NCBI RefSeq assembly: GCF_036917465.1
Contig: NZ_JBALDL010000073.1
Coordinates: 42 to 64,041, forward strand
Direction: 5' to 3'
DNA length: 64,000 nucleotides
Origin: Nostoc sp.
GTDB lineage: Bacteria; Cyanobacteriota; Cyanobacteriia; Cyanobacteriales; Nostocaceae
A model generated the notes under the pieces. It was not told the DNA's origin, ran no database searches, and saw only the letters and a list, made by a program, of their open reading frames with translations. Made by a program: the position numbers and the translations under genes. This document shows positions 57,804-64,000 of this stretch, in pieces; the stretch's first letter is position 1, and each line of letters starts with the position of its first letter.

Positions 57804-58619
57804 ATGGAGGAAAGGGTACAAAAAATTCTCGCTCAATGGGGCATCGCCTCACGTCGTGAAGCAGAAGAAATGATTAGGCACTCACGGGTGCAAATCAATG
57901 GGGTATTAGCACATTTAGGTCAAAAAGTTGATCCCCAAAAAGATGCGATCGCAATTGATGGAAAAAGTGTATCCGAAAAGCAGCGTCCAGCTTTAATATA
58001 TCTATTGCTGCACAAACCTGCGGGAGTAGTTTCGACTTGCTACGACCCTCACCGAAGAACAACAGTCCTGGATTTACTACCGAAAGAATTACGCGAGGGT
58101 TCAGGGATTCACCCAGTTGGGCGTTTAGATGCAGATTCTACAGGAGCATTAATCCTGACAAATGACGGAAATCTGACATTTGGACTAACTCATCCCCGCC
58201 ACAGCATTTCCAAAACATATCGTGTTTTGGTCAAAGGACATCCCCCAGAAGCAGTACTGCAAATGTGGCGTGAGGGTGTGGTGTTAGAAGGAAGAAAAAC
58301 CAGGGCTGCTAAGGTACACCTAATAGAACATCGTGCCGAGCAAAGCTTTTTAGAAATAGTGTTACAGGAGGGAAGAAATCGCCAAATTCGCCGGATAGCT
58401 CAACAGTTAGGATACCCAGTAATCAAGCTGCATCGAACTGCTATTGGCCCTATTCAATTACAAACTCCAAAACAACCCTTATTGTCAGAGGGTAAATATC
58501 GTTCCCTCAATAATCGTGAGATTCGCTTTTTGCAAGATCAGATAACGCAACCTATTAAAGATTCAGCGGAGTTAAGGAGTGTCAGTAGGCATGAAATGGC
58601 TAAGAAAGAAGAAGAATAA
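57804..58619 (+). CDS. rRNA pseudouridine synthase (RsuA/RluB family)
   Basis: S4-like RVQKILAQWGIASRREAE, HKPAGVV, GRLD catalytic motif, EGRNRQIRR. Likely start MEERVQ. Confidence 0.95.
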   Translation: MEERVQKILAQWGIASRREAEEMIRHSRVQINGVLAHLGQKVDPQKDAIAIDGKSVSEKQRPALIYLLLHKPAGVVSTCYDPHRRTTVLDLLPKELREGSGIHPVGRLDADSTGALILTNDGNLTFGLTHPRHSISKTYRVLVKGHPPEAVLQMWREGVVLEGRKTRAAKVHLIEHRAEQSFLEIVLQEGRNRQIRRIAQQLGYPVIKLHRTAIGPIQLQTPKQPLLSEGKYRSLNNREIRFLQDQITQPIKDSAELRSVSRHEMAKKEEE

Positions 58620-59403
58620 TCATCAGCCATCACTTTCATTAGAGCAACAACGAACCGAAAAGCTGGCAGAATTGGGCGCTCAACTTTGGGCGTTGCGTCA
58701 AGAACAAGGACTATCTCTAGAGCAAGTGGTTGTATTAACCAGAATTCCCCAGCGATTATTGCAAGCGATCGAAGAAGGCAATTTAAACGATCTGCCAGAA
58801 CCAGTCTATATTCAGGGTTTGATTAGACAATTTGCCGATGCATTAGGCTTGAATGGAGTAGAATTTTCTGGCACTTTTCCGATCGGTTCTGCACAAGTGA
58901 ACCCCCAAGGGATGGGGAATACTTTACCCATTAATCAACTACGTCCGATTCATCTTTACTTTCTTTACATATTGCTAATTGTATGCTCTGTAAATGGCTT
59001 ATCTCAGTTATTAAATAACGCGGTACTACAAGCAAGTAATAGCCAAAACCAACCAATAAATCAAAAGTCTATTGTTAAACCAGAACCAATCCAACCAAAA
59101 GATTCACTAAAAGTTCAACCGGTGAGCGATCCCCCTAGCGGTGGACAACAGGGACAGGTTGTACAAATTGGTGTCACTTTGAAAGCCTCATCCTGGATTC
59201 GCGTAGTAGCCGATGGCAAAACCGAGTTTGAGGGTATTCTCCCAGAGGGAACTCACCGGATTTGGAAAGCTCAAGAGCAACTGACAGTGAAAACTGATAA
59301 TGCAGGCGGTGTATTGATGAGCGTCAATCAAGAGAAAGCCAAGGAGATGGGAGAACCCGGAAAAGAAGAAGAGGTTAGGATTGCTGCAAAACCTAAGTTT
59401 TGA
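58591..59403 (+). CDS. RodZ-like HTH / DUF4115 protein
   Basis: N-terminal HTH (LWALRQEQGLSLEQV...LQAIEEG...LPEPVYIQG), one TM, C-terminal SWIRVVADGK..FEG.L. Confidence 0.85.
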   Translation: MKWLRKKKNNHQPSLSLEQQRTEKLAELGAQLWALRQEQGLSLEQVVVLTRIPQRLLQAIEEGNLNDLPEPVYIQGLIRQFADALGLNGVEFSGTFPIGSAQVNPQGMGNTLPINQLRPIHLYFLYILLIVCSVNGLSQLLNNAVLQASNSQNQPINQKSIVKPEPIQPKDSLKVQPVSDPPSGGQQGQVVQIGVTLKASSWIRVVADGKTEFEGILPEGTHRIWKAQEQLTVKTDNAGGVLMSVNQEKAKEMGEPGKEEEVRIAAKPKF

Positions 59404-59540
59404 AATTGGGAATTGGGAATTGGGAATTGGGCATTGGGCATTGGGAAGAATGAAGAATGAAGAATATTGTCTAGTCCCTAGTCCCCAGTCCCCAGTCCCC
59501 AGTCCCCAGTCCCCAGTCCCCAGTCCCCAGTCCCCAGTCT
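59403..59540. repeat. Opposed STRR1 tracts between convergent genes
   Basis: (TGGGAAT/TGGGCAT)n followed by about 9 units of (CCCCAGT); could fold back on each other. Confidence 0.85.
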
Positions 59541-59548
59541 CCTAATCC

Positions 59549-61057
59549 TTACTGAGCTTCCGGGGCGCGTCCATTAAGTCTGGTAAGAACTTTTAAGCGA
59601 TCGCTAAATTCATGTCTCAACGCTTCTGGTTGATAGCGCCACTCCCAGTTCCCCTCAGCAACACTGGGAAAATTCATCCGCGCTTCGTTTCCTAATCCCA
59701 AAACATCTTGCAAGGGAATAATCGCTTGGTTGGCTATGGAACTCAAAGCAAGGCGAATTAAATCCCACTGGATGCCTTCAGGACTGATAGAACCTAAATA
59801 AAGCCATAAGTTATGCTTTTCGTTGTCGTTAGCTGAATTAAACCAGCCTACAGTTGTATCGTTATCGTGAGTGCCAGTATAAACTACAGCATTTCGCGGG
59901 TAATTGAATGGTAAAAACGGATTAGCGGGATCGGAACCAAAGGCAAACTGTAAAACCTTCATCCCAGGAAATTCAAACTTATCTCGCAGCGCTTCTACCT
60001 CTGCTGTAATTACTCCCAAATCTTCCGCCAAGACGGGTAGCTTGCCCAACTTCTGCCTAATCGCTTCAAAAAAAGCGTCTCCAGGTGCTTCCACCCATTT
60101 ACCATTCATCGCAGTTTCTTCGCCTTTGGGTACTGACCAATAAGCCTCGAAGCCTCGGAAGTGGTCAATGCGAATTATATCTACATAATCCAGCATTGCC
60201 TCAAAGCGCTGTACCCACCATTTAAAGTCTTGTTTTTGCAATTCCTCCCAGTTATAAACCGGGTTGCCCCACAATTGACCTGTGGCACTAAAGTAATCTG
60301 GTGGGACTCCCGCCATTTGAGCGGCTTCTCCAGTCTCTTCATCTAAACAAAAGATATCGGGATGCGCCCACACGTCGGCACTATCATGAGCTACATAGAT
60401 GGGGATATCGCCGATAATGTCAATACCGCGCATGTTGGCGTAGTCTTTCAGGTCTGACCACTGCCGGAAAAACTCAAATTGGACGAACTTGTAATAAAAA
60501 ATCTCCCCATTGAGCCGATGCTCTACCTGAGCTAATGCTTCGGGTTCGCGCTTGACAAATTCTGGCTCCCATGTATGCCAGCTTGCATTTTCGTGGGCAT
60601 CTTTCAGCGCCATAAATAAGGCGTAATTATCTAGCCAATAGGCTTTACTGTCACAAAAACCTGCGAACTCGTTTTTTTGGATGTCTGTAGCATTTGCTTT
60701 AAAGTTTTCACAGGCTTTTTTGAGTAGCCCAATCTTAATCGGCACAACCTGTTCAAAGTCTACCTTTTCTACCGGAAATCCTGGTAAATTAGCAAAGTCT
60801 TCTTCAGTTAGCAAACCCTCATCTCGCAGTTTGTCTGGGCTGATTAATAGAGGATTTCCTGCCATTGCTGAGTAGCACATATACGGGGAATTACCGTATC
60901 CAGTGGGGCCAAGGGGTAAAACTTGCCAATATTGTTGATGGGTCTCTTTAAGAAAATCGATGAAGCGATAGGCTTCTAAGCCTAAATCTCCAACGCCAAA
61001 TCGACTAGGAAAGGATGTAGGATGCAGCAAAATACCACTGGATCTAGGAAAAGGCAT
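59549..61057 (-). CDS. malQ: 4-alpha-glucanotransferase (amylomaltase)
   Basis: SGILLHPTS, WQVLPL, GDIPIYV..DSADVW, GVPPDYFS.TGQLWGNP, RIDHFRG, AEDLG, YTGTHDNDT. Confidence 0.97.
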   Translation of the reverse strand: MPFPRSSGILLHPTSFPSRFGVGDLGLEAYRFIDFLKETHQQYWQVLPLGPTGYGNSPYMCYSAMAGNPLLISPDKLRDEGLLTEEDFANLPGFPVEKVDFEQVVPIKIGLLKKACENFKANATDIQKNEFAGFCDSKAYWLDNYALFMALKDAHENASWHTWEPEFVKREPEALAQVEHRLNGEIFYYKFVQFEFFRQWSDLKDYANMRGIDIIGDIPIYVAHDSADVWAHPDIFCLDEETGEAAQMAGVPPDYFSATGQLWGNPVYNWEELQKQDFKWWVQRFEAMLDYVDIIRIDHFRGFEAYWSVPKGEETAMNGKWVEAPGDAFFEAIRQKLGKLPVLAEDLGVITAEVEALRDKFEFPGMKVLQFAFGSDPANPFLPFNYPRNAVVYTGTHDNDTTVGWFNSANDNEKHNLWLYLGSISPEGIQWDLIRLALSSIANQAIIPLQDVLGLGNEARMNFPSVAEGNWEWRYQPEALRHEFSDRLKVLTRLNGRAPEAQ

Positions 61058-61250
61058 AAGTAACCTGAATTATGAGAGGGAGCAATTGTCTGATGGAGAG
61101 ACGATGCGATCGCCCAAGGGGCAGTGGCAAAGTCAATCGCATCGAATTTATCACGGAACAGTATTTGCACGGTAAATCAAGTAAACTCGTTTTGATTGTC
61201 ATTTGTCCTTTGACTAATGACAAAGGATAAATGACCAATGACTAATAAAT

Positions 61251-61682
61251 ATGACTTACCGAAATCCTGCACCGACAGTTGATATCATCATTGAACTAGT
61301 AGATCGACCTCATCGGCCAATAGTGTTAATTGAAAGACATAATCTTCCTTTAGGTTGGGCTATTCCTGGTGGTTTTGTAGATTATGGGGAAGCTGTGGAA
61401 GTGGCGGCGCGGCGGGAAGCTGAGGAAGAAACGGGTTTGCAGGTGGAGTTGGTTGAACAATTACTGGTGTATTCTGACCCTAATCGCGATCCCCGTCAGC
61501 ATACGATTAGTATTGTGTTTTTAGCAACAGCGAAGGGGGAACCTGTAGCTGGGGATGATGCTAAGGGTGTAGGGATTTTTGAGTATTGGGGTGTGCCTGG
61601 TAATTTATGTTTTGACCACGATCGCATTCTGCGCGATTATTGGCAATATCGGCATTATGGGATACGTGCAAGGTTGGGGTAG
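61251..61682 (+). CDS. NUDIX hydrolase
   Basis: [23 protein letters not shown] Nudix box; [11 protein letters not shown]; GDDA. Confidence 0.93.
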   Translation: MTYRNPAPTVDIIIELVDRPHRPIVLIERHNLPLGWAIPGGFVDYGEAVEVAARREAEEETGLQVELVEQLLVYSDPNRDPRQHTISIVFLATAKGEPVAGDDAKGVGIFEYWGVPGNLCFDHDRILRDYWQYRHYGIRARLG

Positions 61683-61687
61683 GAAGG

Positions 61688-61770
61688 ACGAACCGCAGAG
61701 GCGCAGAGGGCGCGGAGAGAAGAGGGGAGAGGGACGGACGAACCGCAAAGGACGCAAAGGGCGCTAAGGA
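61688..61770. repeat. Two units of a CGAACCGC(A/C)(G/A)AGG.CGCA(G/A)AG dispersed repeat
   Basis: 61688-61720 and 61738-61770; related to repeats at 5485-5515 (inverted) and 35597-35618. Confidence 0.65.
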
Positions 61771-61842
61771 AGAAAAGAGAGGAATATCTGTGACACAAAG
61801 TTTTTGTGATTATACTGTGTCAGTGGTATTTAAAGGTGCATT

Positions 61843-63141
61843 ATGAATGCTGAGGAACTGTTGGAGAAATATGCCGCAGGACAACGGAACTTTCAGGGAG
61901 TAGTACTGAAAAATGTAGACCTCAGAAATACAGACCTGATTGAAATAGACTTATCGAATGCTGACTTGACTGGTGCAAATTTTAAAGGTGCAGATTTAAG
62001 TCAGGCAAATCTGACAAAGGCAATAATTAACGGAACCGACTTCAGTAAAGCATCCCTATCATTAGCAAATTTTAGTGAGGTGAATGGTACAGCAATTATT
62101 ACCGATCGCGGCCATGTAATACAGCCGTCAGCAAACTTCAGTGGTGCAAACTTAAGCAGTGTTAACTTAAGTGGAGCAAATCTAAGTAGTGCAAACTTGA
62201 GTCACGCCAACTTAGACAAGGCAAATTTGAGTAATGCAAATTTGAGTAATGCAAAACTGAGAGAAGTGTCCTTAGTAGGAGCAGATTTGAGTAATGCAAC
62301 ACTTAGTAGTGTAGATTTTAGTGAAATTTCCCTAGTAGGAGCGGATTTAAGTCGAGCTAACTTACAGGGCGCAAACTTTCAAAAGGCAAATCTACAGGGT
62401 GCTAAACTGCAAGCAGTAAATTTACAGAAATTTAATCTATCAGGCTTAAATCTGGCTGGTTCTGATCTGGCTGGAGCCAATCTTGCACAGGCAAACCTCA
62501 GACAATCTTGTCTCCAAAGGGCAAATCTGGAGAGAGTAGTTCTGCAAGGAGCAGATTTGAGAAAGGTAAATTTGAGGGAAACCAATTTGACTAGAGCAGA
62601 CTTGACTGATGCTGCTACTTATGGGTGGTTAATTGAAGATGCTGACTTCAGTCGTGCAATAATGCCAGATGGAGAAGTCTATAAACCGATCGCAGCTGAA
62701 GCAGAAATCGGTAAACAGGAAATATCGTTAAACAAACTAATATCTATGACCCGTAAAGTAATTCATACTGATAACGCACCTGCACCAGTCGGCCCTTATA
62801 ATCAAGCGATCGCAGCTTCAGGTCAATTTGTCTTCATAGCTGGACAAATTGCCATCGATCCCCGCCTTGGTGATGTCGTCTACACTGATGATGTCAAAAA
62901 ACAAACTGAGCAGGTATTAGCTAACCTTGAAGCCATCCTCACAGCAGCCGGAGCGACTTTTCAAGATGTGGTAAAAACCACCGTATTTTTAGCTGATATG
63001 AATGATTTCGCGGCGGTGAATGCCATTTATGCTAAATATTTCCCCGAAGATACAGCGCCAGCGCGGGCTTGTGTGCAGGTATCACGCTTACCTAAAGATG
63101 TGTTGGTAGAAATTGATGCGATCGCAGTAATTAGCGGTTAG
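61843..63141 (+). CDS. Pentapeptide-repeat / RidA (YjgF/YER057c/UK114) fusion protein
   Basis: MNAEELL..Y..G.RNF start, a long A(D/N)Lxx run ending in MPDG, a linker, then from 62746 a full RidA domain ([45 protein letters not shown]) in one frame. Confidence 0.9.
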   Translation: MNAEELLEKYAAGQRNFQGVVLKNVDLRNTDLIEIDLSNADLTGANFKGADLSQANLTKAIINGTDFSKASLSLANFSEVNGTAIITDRGHVIQPSANFSGANLSSVNLSGANLSSANLSHANLDKANLSNANLSNAKLREVSLVGADLSNATLSSVDFSEISLVGADLSRANLQGANFQKANLQGAKLQAVNLQKFNLSGLNLAGSDLAGANLAQANLRQSCLQRANLERVVLQGADLRKVNLRETNLTRADLTDAATYGWLIEDADFSRAIMPDGEVYKPIAAEAEIGKQEISLNKLISMTRKVIHTDNAPAPVGPYNQAIAASGQFVFIAGQIAIDPRLGDVVYTDDVKKQTEQVLANLEAILTAAGATFQDVVKTTVFLADMNDFAAVNAIYAKYFPEDTAPARACVQVSRLPKDVLVEIDAIAVISG

Positions 63142-63262
63142 TCTCAACATACATCTTCAGATTGAGAGTTTAAGGGAAGGTTAATCTAAAAGGTGGAGCC
63201 TTGAGCTATTGGAAATTGAACAACAATCGATGGAAAATGATTTTTCATCAGGCCACTCTGAT

Positions 63263-63296
63263 AAAAAAGGCTCAAGCATTCATGCCTGAGCCTTTT
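63263..63296. terminator. Bidirectional terminator between the ridA fusion and rbp
   Basis: AAAAAAGGCTCA...TGAGCCTTTT. Confidence 0.7.
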
Positions 63297-63320
63297 CTAG
63301 ATTAAACTAAATTATTTAGC

Positions 63321-63674
63321 TTAGTAGCGACCACCGCCACCGCCACCGCCACCGCTACCGCCACCACGGTTGTAGCCGCCGCCACCACCGCCGCGATTAC
63401 CCCCACCGAAAGAACCACCTCCACCTCTGTCTTCTCTGGGTTTGGCCTTATTCACTTTAAGGTCACGACCCAGCCATTCAGCACCATCAAGGGCTTCAAT
63501 GGCTTTGGCTTCTTCGTCTTCTGAACTCATTTCCACGAAAGCAAAGCCGCGTAAACGACCTGTTTCACGGTCAGTAGGTAACTGAACACGCTTTACAGAA
63601 CCATATTCTGCAAAAACAGTACTCAGCGCATCTTGTGTAACATCATAGGAGAGGTTACCAACGTAAATTGACAT
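63321..63674 (-). CDS. rbp: RRM RNA-binding protein with glycine-rich tail
   Basis: IYVGNL (RNP2), RGFAFVE (RNP1), GRDLKVNKA, Gly-rich C-terminus. Confidence 0.96.
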   Translation of the reverse strand: MSIYVGNLSYDVTQDALSTVFAEYGSVKRVQLPTDRETGRLRGFAFVEMSSEDEEAKAIEALDGAEWLGRDLKVNKAKPREDRGGGGSFGGGNRGGGGGGYNRGGGSGGGGGGGGRY

Positions 63675-63680
63675 TAAATG

Positions 63681-63721
63681 TCTCCAAAATCATAAGTTTG
63701 TAGAGATTTAGATTTCGGAGA
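63681..63721 (-). promoter_or_regulatory. 5'-UTR stem-loop pairing the rbp Shine-Dalgarno
   Basis: Minus strand TCTCCGAAATC...GATTTTGGAGA forms an 11-bp stem (one G-U) whose 3' arm holds the GGAG SD. Confidence 0.6.
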
Positions 63722-64000
63722 GAAGTCTGTAATACCAAAAGGGAAAAGCCTGTCAATACTAAAATCAAACACTGTCGCCGAATTAATTCTCATTTCACTC
63801 CCCATTGTTACATGACAACTTACTTTCTAGGGGAAAGCTTTAAAAACTGTTATAAAAAGTTATATTACAAGTTGATAGCTAGGTGCTGGGTAGTTCCAAA
63901 ACGGGTGAGGCTATAGCTGCTATCTACATCTACCCGATAAACTAGCTCTCTATTCTATTTTCTAAATATTGACCAATCATCAACTGCTCACCAGCACGAG

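Noticed and set aside
1-64000. High density of GCGATCGC
   Set aside because: This is the expected HIP1 octamer of cyanobacteria; only the junction cluster at 28005-28095 was kept as a finding.

Overview
Chromosomal segment of a heterocystous, Nostoc-like cyanobacterium: abundant HIP1 GCGATCGC octamers, heptameric STRR tandem repeats and small dispersed palindromes/MITEs. From left to right: (i) two tandem TIR-domain genes, one with a C-terminal coiled coil resembling EAD9 and one TIR-DnaJ_C-like-TPR gene that runs off the left edge and is missing from the ORF track; they lie directly downstream of a pncB-nadD-nrtR-nadE NAD+ salvage operon with a perfect palindromic operator candidate; (ii) the treZ-treY-treH trehalose cluster and a stress block (DCC1-like, Uma2, aldo/keto reductase, two different Dps proteins, pirin, an orphan membrane histidine kinase, a 2Fe-2S protein); (iii) an accessory block with a MITE-truncated gene, then a small helical protein followed by two tandem copies of [11 x 21-bp repeat array + conserved leader + STAND ATPase-TPR gene], the distal copy having lost its TPR array; (iv) mostly housekeeping genes: flv3-flv1, coaX, argH, larB, ABC binding protein, ispF, trmD, cphB-cphA, tatA, a PvuII-like methyltransferase with a collapsed partner gene, Ser/Thr kinase, cbiT, cdsA, pseudouridine synthase, RodZ-like protein, malQ, NUDIX, a pentapeptide-RidA fusion and an RRM protein. 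I found no CRISPR array, rRNA or tRNA. The best candidates for an undescribed system are the repeat-array/STAND-TPR cassette (25.7-31.8 kb) and the TIR pair beside the NAD+ salvage operon (0-7 kb). All family calls come from motif recognition by eye; no searches were run.
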